DNA from: Adineta vaga
Lineage: Eukaryota; Animalia; Rotifera
Direction: 5' to 3'
NCBI GenBank assembly: GCA_021613535.1
Contig: CP075497.1
Location: 9,796,001 to 9,860,000, forward strand
DNA: 64,000 bases
Shown: positions 32,067 to 44,894 of the stretch, piece after piece
Layout: each line of letters opens with the position of its first letter
How positions within the stretch are numbered: the first letter of the stretch is position 1
Notes under the pieces: model-generated
Database searches by the model: none
What the model was told of the DNA's origin: nothing
The model's input: only the letters and a program-made list of their open reading frames with translations
Program-made: the position numbers and the translations under genes

Positions 32067-32749
32067 ATGTGGAGTTCATCGATTTGTTTCTTTGTTTTCC
32101 TATCATTTTTCGTGGATAAAAGTAAGAAAGAAATCTTTCGATTTGTTTTTCTTTTAAATAAAACAACTTTTTTTTCCTATAACAGCTCAACCTGAAGTTC
32201 CACAATTATTCGATTATTTGAATGGTTTTTATTTGGACTGTTATGAATGTCATAGTAATCGACCTGGTTGTGGTGCTAAAGTTGATTGGATTTTAATGCG
32301 TTGGAAACGTTGTATTGCACCAGGTGGTAGTAAATGTGTTAAAATTATTGAACGTTCACCTGATGGTATGAATCGGAATAATTTTATTCTGAATAACAAA
32401 AAAAAGAGTAATGTTTGCTTTATAGGTGAAATGAATTATGTGCGTGGTTGTATCAATCAAATTGAAGCTGTTCGACCTGAAATGCCAACAGTTCGCGAAA
32501 ATGGATGTTGGACAGCAACAGATAATTATGTTGTATGTTGAATATTTATAAGAAAACAAAAATGCATTTTTCAACTTCTTTTTTTCTAAGGGTTTGGCTT
32601 ATCGACCATGGTATGTACAAACAGATGAACCTATCTATTGTTTTTGCGATGAACGTGATGGATGTAATTCAGCAATACGATCGTTGACAAATTATATCTT
32701 AGTTTCATTCTTATGTTTTTTATCATTTTTTATACAATCAATTAATTAG
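32067..32749 (+). CDS. Ly6/uPAR three-finger (quiver/sleepless-like) GPI-anchored protein; 4 exons
   Basis: Signal peptide, LDCYECHS...GC...RC...KCVKI...YVRGC...GC...YCFCDERDGCNSA, then a hydrophobic GPI-signal-like tail. Confidence 0.85.
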
Positions 32750-33260
32750 AATCATTCCATGTGCTTTTTTGTTGTAAATATTTTTTATCTGATCGCTATT
32801 ACAATTATCATACATTCCATTTCTTAACTTGCCGATTGATCTGAGTTCATGTTTTTTTTTTCTTAATCTACTTTTTTTGTACAGAATATGTAGGAGCGAT
32901 ATTCCTATCAATTCATATTAGAGATAAACGATGTTTTTGTTTCTTTTTTTTTAAATGAATTTAATAAAAAAAATGACTTAGAGTATTGCACAATAATTTT
33001 TTTTCAAACAGGTCACACCAGCGTGTAAAAGAACATAAAAAAAACTTATCGTGCTTGCTCTGTCATGGTGCAATCACATGTTTGTTGCTTATATAAAAAA
33101 CTAGGCAAAATTGTATGTTCGTTATATTTTTATTGAAAAAAGTCTGGTTTGAGATAGAAAAATAATAAAGAAAGAGTACTAGATTACAAATCGGTAAGAT
33201 GATAAGAAATTTATATATCATAAAGGTATTGAATACAAAACAATTTTATGTCTAGAAATT

Positions 33261-34962
33261 ATGACTAACACAACTACAACAACGTCAAACGATATACCTG
33301 CATCCGATGAACCAACGGAATTAGATCTTGCTTTCATTATTGATGCAACAGGCAGTATGGGATCATACATCAAATCTGCTCAAGAGGTTAAAAAAATATA
33401 TGAGAAATTATATTGGGTTTTTTAGTTATCAATATTATTGTTTAGAATATGAGAAAAATCATAGAAGATATTATTATAAGTGAACGATGTTCATTGAATA
33501 CAGCTTTAATTCTCTATCGTGATCATCCTCCACAAGATTCTACATTTGTTATCAAACTTCACGAATTTACAGATGATGCAGAAGAAGCAAAGAAACATAT
33601 TGATTCAGCTTCTGCTAGCGGAGGTTTGTTATGAATAGTTTTATCTTTGAATATCTGACTGACAAGATAATGGGTTTCAGGTGGAGATGGTCCTGAAGCA
33701 GTAGCACCTGCTTTACATGCAGCTGTTCATACTTTATCATGGCGTAAAAATGCAATTAAAATTGCTCTTCTCATTGCTGATGCTCCTCCTCATGGACTAG
33801 GTGATGCAGGTGATGCATGGCCACAAGGTGAGAAATAGTTTTTCAAATTGTTTACAGAAAATTCACTCGAATTTTCTCTACAGGTGACCCATCAGGACAT
33901 GATCCCATTGAATCTGTTACTCAACTTGCCGAAAATAGTATTACTTTGTATACAATTGGATGTGAACCAGGAATTATACCCTATCGTGATTTTTTTATGG
34001 CTTTAGCCTTTAAAACTGGTGGTCAATATATCCCACTGAATAATTGCGATCACTTAGCTTCGATTATCATTGGATCTGCAAAAGAAGAAATTTCCTTAGA
34101 ACGACTATTAGCACAAGTACATGAGGAAGTAATGCGTGAAGCTGCATTACGTGGTGGACCCGTTGATGAAACTGAATTGACTCGTCGCATCCATGAAGTC
34201 ATGCAAGGTGGTGGTAAGTCGAAAATGAATTCATATTATCTACAAAAGAAATTGTATGTAATATCTTTACGAATAGGTGCCAAAGCACGACGAGTAAAAA
34301 TAAACAATCAAGATGGTAGTATCAATATTCCACAAATAACACCTGCTGCGGAAGATCTTTCTAAATTAACAACATTAAAAGAAGTTCGAGAAAAATGGAC
34401 TACTTCTTCATCAAAAACAACCTTATTTTCGACGCCTGCAGTAGGGTTTGGAGGATTATTTGGTACAACTGCAACAATTCCCACACCTCCAGCAGTATCA
34501 TTCAAGAAAACTCGTAAACATATGACTGCACCGTCTTTGTAAGATCTCGGATATTCTATACCATTGTTTATACTTCATGATTCGATTCTAGAAAGAAAAC
34601 GGCACTAAAACGAAAAACACCACCAAAACCAGAACCTACTATCAAAAAGAAACCTAGACAAGATGTACCTCGTGGCAAACGACGAAGTACTCGTCTAATA
34701 CTTAATAGAACGAATGATCAAGAAGATACAACCGATGAGGAGAAGATGGATGTAAGTTCATCGATTTATTATCATTTTTATTCAAAAACAATCTGATTAA
34801 TTTTAGACAACATCGGTACCAACACCCCCTGTGACAAAACCAGCAAAGATAAAAACTGAAATATCACATATTGATTTAAAAGATGATGAACTACTGGATA
34901 TTAGTCAAACTCGACGACTTGTTCGTAAATGTGTGGCTCGAAATAAAATTAAATCCACTTAA
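33261..34962 (+). CDS. Stand-alone vWA-domain protein (vwkA-type vWA, no kinase domain); about 7 exons
   Basis: MIDAS motif LDLAFIIDATGSMGSYI, YRDHPPQD, ASASGGGDGPEAV, LSWRKNAIKIALLIADAPPHG and YTIGCEP...TGGQYIPL. Basic low-complexity C-terminus. Confidence 0.85.
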
Positions 34963-36112
34963 ATGTATAATATTACAATCAATATAGAAGACTTTTTATC
35001 ATATTTGTTCTTTATTTTATAAATCAATGGTAAAAAACTCACCGCAATATAATCTCGAACTAAATCTTTTATATGACACACGCAAAAATAGATGAAATAT
35101 TTTGCCAACTTTGATTCAGATATGATATACTTTTTTCTAGTAATATTGAGAAAGTTATTGATAATTTCTATCTGATTTTAATATAAGTATATGATTTATA
35201 TTCACAGCAAGAATCCACTTACGAATGATGAACTTTATTCAAATATGTCAAGAGTTAACAGAATATTTGCAAAAGTTACTCTTGTAGTTTAAAAAGTCAC
35301 TTCTCCTTGAATGCCTATATTCATATTCTTATCTATCCCATCTTTCTTATATGAGGATTTGATCTTCAATCATTTAGAATCTATTATATTTATCACATAC
35401 AAAACTGTTTAATATGATCTTGATAACTAAAATCAACTTCATTCTCACTGTCAAAGATTAAAGTCAAACACCATCTGGTGCATTTAACATTGCTATTTTT
35501 ATGTATGTTGACCTATTTGCTGATGCAGTTCTTTGACTCAGTTCATTGATCCACAAACATTTATGTATATTATTGCCAATTGATCTTTAATGTTTACGAA
35601 GATATCTTTTATTACACTTTTTTTTCTCTTTCCTTCTCGTATGATTTATTCCTTTTATAATGAAACTTTCTCACATATAGATATTCGACAAGCAAAGACA
35701 CATAAGAAGTCAAAAAAAGAAAACAAAATCAAAGGAAAAAACACTTCTTTTTCTTCTTTGTTGATATCTCATATTAAGTATTTTTTCCTCTTATAAAGTT
35801 TGAAAGACTGTCGCACAAGAAAAGAGCAACAATACACACAAAAGAAAGCCAAACGAGAGTTCTTGAATATATATATATATATATACATACACACACACAT
35901 ATATATATGAAAACAAAGAAATATAGAAGAATATGTTCACAATTCAAAAGAAGAAAAATCAAGCAAACCAACAATGAAACAAAACGAACAACAATGATAA
36001 TGCAACTCGTACGTATCTGGCACCTAAAGGAAAGTAAAGGACGCGAAGAAAAATCTATCTGATGATGAGAAAAAAATGTGTACGAAAGAGCCGGAAAGAA
36101 AAGATATGCAAA

Positions 36113-38175
36113 TCAATTTGTCTGTTCACCTCGACAGATCGGACATCGAGTTGATGTCTAAAAAATAAGAATAAAAATCATGTTTATACATATGTTAGAA
36201 ATAAAGAAATGAAATAGGCTGGTACCTTAAGCCATGGATCAATGCATTCACTATGGAAGAAGTGTTTGCATCGTAGATGTTTTAATTTCTCGCCACCGAT
36301 ATATTCACTCAAACATACGGCACATTTATCATCAGCTTGAATATGTGTACAAGATTTTGTATAGATCATTGTTGGTAATCGTTCAAGTTCACTATCAGTT
36401 AGACCAACGACAGGTGTTTCATCGGGAATCGTTAGATCGAAAAAGTCCTAGATACAAACAGAAGATTATAGAAAAAGAGTTATTCATAGAAAAAAAAATG
36501 AGAAAACTTACACCAAATTGAATACTAAATGCAGCTGGTAATGAAAATATTTCATGACCAGGTGACATCCAGGCATAAGCAATTAAATCAATTGATGCTG
36601 TTGGTGGATGATGATGATGATGAAAATGATTATGAGTATCACTGTATGATGCGGCATGTGCATCAATGACACGACTAGAAAAGTTTTCAAAGACAGAAGA
36701 GAGTTACATTTTTGTTTCATGAAAAGATGGTGAATGGTAATACATACTGAAGTAGATCAGTAAGAAATGAAGGTGAAGGTCGTTGATGCAAATGAGTAGT
36801 CATCGATGTTCGATGAAAGAGTGGACCACGTTGTGGTGGCGTGGATTCGAATGGTATTCCACTTCGATGGTGGTGCTGCTGATGATGATGATGAGGAGAA
36901 GGAAGATGATTTATTTGTTGTGTATAGGAAGAACGAGGAGGAGGTATTGGTTGACGACGAGGTAAAGCAACAGGTGGTGATTCAAGTAAAAATTGTTGAT
37001 GATCAGGAGAATGGTATATATTACGAGGCTGTGCAGATGATGATGACGATGATGATAATGAGGGTTGTTGAATAGGAAGATGATGGAGATCGTAATGTGT
37101 ATTGGTATTATTGATATTATGTGCGTGTTCAATTCGATTTCGTTGCATCGGTTGTGTGCGTTGATCGAATGGTCGAGAAAGAGAAGGAATATTATCAATG
37201 TATGGTGTTCGGGGTATAGGATTTGGTTGTGGTTGTACATATCGATGATTTCTATACAATACAGATAAGAATATAGATTTTTAAAACAAAATTTTATACG
37301 TAAAGAAAAAAAATGAAATACTTACGTGTACGGTTGATAATGATGATGACTAGATGATCGATACTGTTGATTTTGTAGTTGCTGTTGAGAATGTGATGTA
37401 TTCTCTTGTGAACGATGATTTGTTCGATCATTTTCATTATTAACTCCTTCATGTCTCGAACGCTTACGTTCATGATGATGATATGACTGTGACGACTGAG
37501 ATGCAGATGTACTAATCGCTGATGAACGTTGCCGTTTCGTATGATTATGATTATTATTGTTATTATGAGATGATCGTTGTGTTATTGGATTGTTATTGTC
37601 TCGTTCATCGTCAAACCATGGTGGATGTCGTGTAAATGACGCTGCCGATGGACTTTCTAAACGATAATGACGATGATGTGGAGCTGATGCTGTTGTATTT
37701 GCTGCTGCCTAAAAAATAGTGACATTGATTAATTTATTTTAGACGAAATGTTACTAAAGAATAAAAAAAGAGTTTTTTTTACCGTCACAACATTCAATGG
37801 TAATAAAGGTCTAGTTGGTTCTTCTTCATTTGATTGCAAATAATGAATATGACATGATGGTTGAGATTCATCCCTCTGATGTACATGCGGATTCGTAGTT
37901 GTTTCACGATTTGATGAAAGTGACGAAGATTCAACTGTTTGACGATGAGGTGGATATTGAAAATAGGAAAAATCATTTTGTGTTGATAGAGACTGAGATG
38001 CAGAAGATGTTGTTGGTGGATGTATACAAGATAATGGATCTGTTAATTGCCAAGATGAACTATCTGATGATGTATCATTCGGTTGTGTTGTAGGATAAGA
38101 AACAAAGTCACACATTTGTAAAGATACACGATGACGAGATGGTATAAATGGACGGTTAGAATATTGGCGAGACAT
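36113..38175 (-). CDS. RING-H2 E3 ubiquitin ligase (RNF38/44/111/165-like) with a long disordered N-terminus
   Basis: C-terminal CAVCLSEYIGGEKLKHLRCKHFFHSECIDPWLK|TSTRCPICR, preceded by GLTDSELERLP. H/S/Q/P-rich N-terminal exons. Start codon is tentative. Confidence 0.85.
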
Positions 38176-38661
38176 GTAATTCTGGATATGAATTAAGTAC
38201 AAAAGACAAATAAATCTGTACAACCTTCCTGAATACTTCGTTCGATGTAATCAAAGAAGAAGAAGAAAGGCTATAAAGAGGAAGGTGAAAGAATGCAATG
38301 CACGTGGTGTCCATGATGTCGAATTGAATGACAAAATCGACCAATCATTTTTTAGCTATTCTTCATCATAACAATGCAAACTAGTGACCTCTAATGATCT
38401 TTCAAATGTCATTCTTTACTCATATAAATATGTACGATTTAAATATGTAGACGTGATACAAAGCATTTTTTCGTCATATGTTTATAATAATACACTCGTG
38501 TAAGTTTCTTTTTTTTTGTTTCAATTTATTTCAAATATCACATTGTATGGAGAACATAGAATGATGCAGAAAAAGAATGTGTAGAATGATAATTTTAGTC
38601 AATTTATTCGAGTAAACGAAAAATAAGGATCAGTAATCACGACTGAAGAATGACGAACACA

Positions 38662-39214
38662 TCATTGTAAAAATGGGAATCGTGGATGTGATAAATGTTG
38701 TTCTCTTGAATTATCAATTTCTTGATTTGATGCGACTGAACAAGTTTCATCTACTTGACATGATTCTAAAATGAAATGTGTAATATAAACATATGGTAAA
38801 ATTGTTTATCAATATAAACTTTGCATACCTGTACCACAGCATACGCCATGTGCAGCACATCGACCATTTGGTACAGTTGAACAAACGGAAGAATTGATTA
38901 CACATGGTGTAAGATTACGATTTTCATTTGAACATTGACGAGCATCCGATGGATGACCAATACGACAAGCGAAATCAGTACAACAGATTGATGGACCAAA
39001 ACATTGACCACCTAATCCACAACGTGGACACTAAATTTAGAAAAAAATTATATTTATTTTAGAATATATTTTATTATTGTCTAACTTGATGATTATGTAA
39101 ATTATTATCTAAATCTGAACTTCGTTTACCACCAATTGGACAATTAGTAATATAACATGCATGATTAAATTGTAAGAGAGCAACAAAAAGAATCAAGAAG
39201 ATAAATGTATGCAT
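38662..39214 (-). CDS. Oxytocin/vasopressin-family preprohormone (nonapeptide plus neurophysin); 3 coding exons
   Basis: Signal MHTFIFLILFVALLQFNHA, then CYITNCPIG-GKR, then neurophysin CPRCGLGGQCFGPSICC...CSNENRNLTPC...GRCAAHGVCCGTESCQVDETC with 14 Cys. Introns at 39031-39085 and 38766-38828. Confidence 0.96.
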
Positions 39215-39852
39215 GATATCGGAATAACTAGAATAATATCGAATGAATATAAAATAATATTCAAACTTCAAAGGCCTACCTTGCTACTGTATATGAAATG
39301 AGAGTTGAAGGACGAAGTTTTCTTCAGTGATGTAAAATAGAAATAAAATGAAAAATGAGACTTCGAAGGTGATTTATAAAGCATGAAGAAACAGTGGGTA
39401 GTAAAATATAATGCATTATGTGTTAAACTAGACCAGTCTAGAAAGTATTAAAATATAATATTGTTATCACATTGAATGTGTGAATTGTCCTATTTTGAGT
39501 ACTAACACATTTTCGACGAGAAATTTGAATAAAAATAATTGTTTCCGTGGGTGTGGTAATAAATTTTTTACATATTGTTATACACACAATGAGTTAATGA
39601 AAAGAATTCATTCGGATATTCTTCATGTAAATGTCGTCAATAATTATTTGATCATTCTTATTATGACCGATAGTGAAAGATGAAAAGGACTTTCTCAAAT
39701 CATAGATATTTATTTTGACATTATTTAAAATCATTCGAAACTGTTTTATCACACATGCACAATAAATTAAAAACAACATTGACATATTTTTATGACTATA
39801 GAAAGGAAAACACCGCGAAGCAAAAACGATTTTACTGCTAAAAGATACAATA

Positions 39853-42564
39853 TTAATCGTCAGCATTCTCTTCATTCTCTTGATTTTCCACTGTAGTTGT
39901 TGGTGTTGCAGAATCTTCACCAAGTAATTGACATAATTCGTTAAAACGCGACTGAATTTCTGGAACGCCAGCTAATTGAGCTTCCAATCGTTCTTTTTCA
40001 CCTTTTAATGTTAAAAGTTTTTCGGTATTGAGTACTTCAAATTTCCATTTACCATCACCGTCAAATTGAAGTAAATGTGTATGATAAGCCCTTGAAAATT
40101 GAAAGACAAATCTTTACTGAGAATAATTATTAATAATTTACTTACCATAGCGATGGTCGATGTGTAATTGTCAACAAGGATATTCCGAATCCTTTGGCTC
40201 GTTCATATATTTTACCTTCTACATCAATTGATACAGCACTTGTACATTCATCCAATAGAGCATAACGTGGTCGATGATAAAAGATTCGTGCTAAACCAAG
40301 ACGTTGTTTTTCCCCACCAGATAAAATATCCTTCCAATCACGTTCAGCATTTAAACCACCTTCACGTTGAACGATGTATTGTAATTCAACATGATTTAGA
40401 ACTTCCATTAGTTTTGTATCATCAACAAATGTATTGTCAACAGTATGTGGATAAATGATTTGATCACGTAATGTTCCAGGACACATATAAGGTCGTTGAG
40501 GAATGAGAAAGAAATTCGATGGATTTGGTCGATGAAGACGTCCAGAATAGATAGGCCATAGACCTCGAACAATACGAAAAAATGATGATTTACCACAACC
40601 ATTTGGTCCAGTGATAAGTACATGCATAGCCGGTGTAATCTAAAGAACAAAAAGGTCGAATCTTCTATTAAAAACAGTAGATATTTGTTGTACTTTTAAT
40701 GAAAGACTGTCAACAATAACATCACCATTGGGTGTAATAATTGGTACATTCTCGGCAATAATATCTTCATCAGATTCAATTATTCGACCTTCTATTAAAA
40801 CGAAAGAGAACATGATCGAACTTGCTCTTTTCTACAATGATCTACACTGACCTGGACGTTGATTGACAGTAACCTTTCGTTTGGCAATTGTTGATGACGA
40901 ATGTTCATTAGGATTTTCATTTGGTTCTACTAAAGCTCGTTGATAATGTTCATGTGCACAATCATCAAAAACATGAAGCATAGTATAAACTCGATCTGTA
41001 TGTCCTGCAAGTTCTGCAATCTAGATATAAAAACAATTTCTTCTTTAGTATTATCCATTATTGCACAATAATTCAATTTTACTTCTTTATACGATGAAAT
41101 GATACGTTCGAGTGCATCAGCACCAGATGATAACAAATTTTTACTAACTGTAAACGCTTCTGTACGTGCGCTGATACCAAGTGGATCTCCAACTGGATCT
41201 AAAAATAAATTTTTCATTCAATATTTATTCATTTCAAAGAAATCGCATTAACCATCGGTTTCTGCTGGACCATCATAGGTAAGAAAAGGTATAGCAATAA
41301 ATACCATTCCGCCTAAATATAAAGAGATTTTGCACAAAGCAAAATACTTTTATCTAAACATACATGCATGCCAGAAATATTTCATTAAAAACTGTTCAAG
41401 CATAATAAACCATAATTTTTTCTTAATAATTAAATTTGTTTGTTCACGTAATTGATCATATAATTTCAAAATCCAGTTTTTCTCAACCTATTATTATTAT
41501 TATTATTTTCGTATCTATCTAGTTAATAAATGAAGAAAACGATCAAATGACATACTTGATGACCATCAAAAAAGGCAATTTCTTCAGCATTTGCAATAAC
41601 TCTCGTATGTGCAAAACGAAGTACACCTCGTCGTCGTGCTTCTTCGGAAACAAGTTTACCGAATCGAGGTGATAGCTTTCGAAGTGCCATAAAAGTAACC
41701 AAAATAACAGCCATTGTCATGACGGGTACCTCTAAATGAAACGAAGAAAAGAATTTCATGAAGTTGATTGTATCGAATTACCTTTAAGACCTCGTGCTGA
41801 GTGTCGTTGTCGAACCATGGCAACAAGTGACCATGAAATAACAGCAATATCAAAAAATGGCTTAGTTAAATGTGAAAATAGATGAGTTAAGGTTGATGTA
41901 AATGTTTCAATATCATCAGTTAAATTTTGATCTGGTGTCAATAAACGACTATCCAAATTTGATACACGAAAATAGGTTTGATTCTAAAATTTATTATTTT
42001 GTAAACGAAAAAGTGACAAACGAACGTCAGTCTAAAACTTACTTGAAAATAGGCTTCATATGCATGACGTGTTAATTTAGTACGAAATGCTAGAGCAAGT
42101 TTTGATTCAGCATAACGAATTAAACTATTAATAAAACTAGCAGGAATAGAAACACCAACAAAGATACATATTGCACTAAGGAAATTACGTGCATTTCGTT
42201 GTACTAAAGATTTAACGATAGCACCATCAAGATGTGCTATGTAAACTGATAGGAATGTTCGAGTAATCAATGTTGATAAATGAAGTATTAATATGAAAAA
42301 TGAATCACTTTTTAGGTGTGGAATAAGAATACGAATTAATGTTCGAAGTTGATGAAAAAATCGTTTATTGAGTGCTTTACGAACTAGTGATGATTGTGAC
42401 GGTGATGCAGTATCATTAGTAGTGAGTTGCTCTTGTGGAATGATAAGTGCACGTCGTTTTTTCAATAAAATAGATCGACGATAACGACGAATAAGATAGG
42501 CAATTAATGCAAACGATGATGAAAAAAGTAAAAGTTTTGTTCGACGAGATCTCAGCGAATACAT
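39853..42564 (-). CDS. Peroxisomal ABC half-transporter, ABCD1/2-like; multi-exon
   Basis: [46 protein letters not shown] (EAA motif), Walker [10 protein letters not shown], signature LSGGEKQR, Walker [16 protein letters not shown] and ITHRPSLW. Confidence 0.95.
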
Positions 42565-42937
42565 GTTGTCAACTGAATGATATAATCTACGGACTCGACT
42601 CCGTTTACGAACTTTACGATAAGGCGAACGGAAAGTTCTTCGTCCGCTGAATTATTTACTTTTGGTTGTCAATCAGCTGATTAACTATCTGTTAATGGAC
42701 GTAAAGTAACCAACAGCAAGTATTCATCAGATGTCATCCTATACAACATATAAACAAAATGTAGAACAAGAAAAAGAACATGAAAACGATTAGTATGTTA
42801 GAGAAATTTTATTATTAACAAGAAAAATGCAAATAATGCTAATTGAAATAGTAGAAGAGACCTATAAAAATATGTGTGAACAAACAATATTAAGTTTTTC
42901 CATTCTAAATCTTGAAGAATTAAATTGTTTGAAAATA

Positions 42938-44894
42938 TCATTTTTCTCCAGATGAAGAATCACCTATTTGATCACTATTATCATAATGACTAATTTGTTG
43001 ATATTCACTAATAAGATCATTTAAACTTGCTTCTGCTAAACACGAAAAAAGACATTTGTAAATTAATTAAAAAAACATACATATGAAAACTAAACTTACC
43101 ATCAGTAAATTCGATATCATCCATCCTATATATCGAATTCAAAGAAAAAAGTTAAATTAATACATTTTTCTTTGCTATTAATTTACCCTTCAGCTGTATA
43201 CCAATGTATAAATGCTTTCCTTTTATACATAGCACAAAATTGTTGACAAATTTTTTTAAATAATTCTTCAATCGCTGTATTATTTGCTATAGAAAAAAAA
43301 ATAACCGGAAATTAGTCTTTGCTATTGACTTTTATTAAGTAGATTATTTTACCAAGAAAAGTACAAGACATTCGGCATCCTCTCGGTGGAATATCACATA
43401 CAGCAGTTTTAACATTGTTTGGAATCCATTCAATAAAATATTGAGAATTACGATTTTGTACCTGTAACATTTGTTCATCGATTTCACGCATTGATAATCG
43501 ACCACGAAAGACTAGTGCTAATAAAAAACATTCAATATTATTCTATATAAACTGAATATTCGAAATTATGCTAACCAACAGTAAGATATCGTCCTTGTCT
43601 GGGATCTACAGCACACATTACATTTCGAGGATTAAATACTTGATGAACCATGTCCAAAACGGTTGTTGCTCGATAAGATTGACCACTTCGTGATGTTAAT
43701 GGTGCTAAAGATGACATAAAAAAATGTAAACGTGGAAATGGAACCATATTAACAGCGAGTTTTCTTAAATCCGCATTTAGTTGACCTAAACATGTCACAA
43801 AGAGAGTGAGACGAATGAGGAATAGTGGTATTAGCTGATTTACCAGGAAATCGAAGACAAGTAGTAATACCAGACATAGTGTTAGCAATCAGATGATTGA
43901 CTAAAATCAAAATTTTAATATGAATTACGTGATATTTCATAATCCACTACAGACGATCAATCATTGACGGAGTAGGAATTTTAAGTGACCGAGTACATAT
44001 TTCATAGAGAGCTTCGTTATCAAAACATATCAACATATCTGTCGATTCAATATGATAATGAGCAGCAAGTAAAGCATTGTATGGTTCAACGATAGATTCA
44101 GATACTTGTGGCGATGGAAAAACACTATAAGCAACAATCATTCCTGAATATAAAAATAATACTACTATCATTTGAATTTGAAAATCAACAAAACCATACG
44201 ATCAGGATACTCTTCACGTAACCGATTTAATACAAGAGAACCAAGTCCAGAACCTGATCCACCACCAATACTTTGCATAATTTGAAAACCTAGTGAAAAA
44301 AAATGATTCTATAGATGTTTAAAATAGTTTGATTATTACCTTGCAAACAATCGGTATTTTCAACTTCTCGACGAACAGTTTCAAGTAGATAATCAATAGT
44401 CTCAGCACCTTCACCATAATATCCTAGAATGAAATATCTTTCACTATAAAATGATATAATATTCTTTGTTAGCAAACCTTTCGCCCAATTGTTGCCTGCT
44501 CCAGCTGTACCAAATACAAAATTATCTGGTCGAAACATTTGACCATAAGATGAAGCACGTACACAATCGATTGGACCCGTCTCAAGATCACATAAAACTG
44601 CTCGAGGAACATATTTACCACCTAAATTAATTATTACTTAGCATTCAGAAGACTTAATAAATGATAATGAAGTTTTTAGTACCTATCGCTTCATTAAAGT
44701 AGACATTAATCCGTTCTAATTGTATATCAGAATCACCATCATAAATGCCAAGAGGAGAAAGACCATGTTCATTGGCCACAATTTCCCAAAACTAGAACAT
44801 GACGAAGATATTTGAGAGTGTCATACCTTCTTATTACTTTTGCTGCGATCTGATTACCACATTGTCCAATGGAGATGTTCACAATTTCACGCAT
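42938..44894 (-). CDS. Divergent beta-tubulin; about 12 exons
   Basis: MREIV...[91 protein letters not shown] and [11 protein letters not shown]. Confidence 0.95.
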
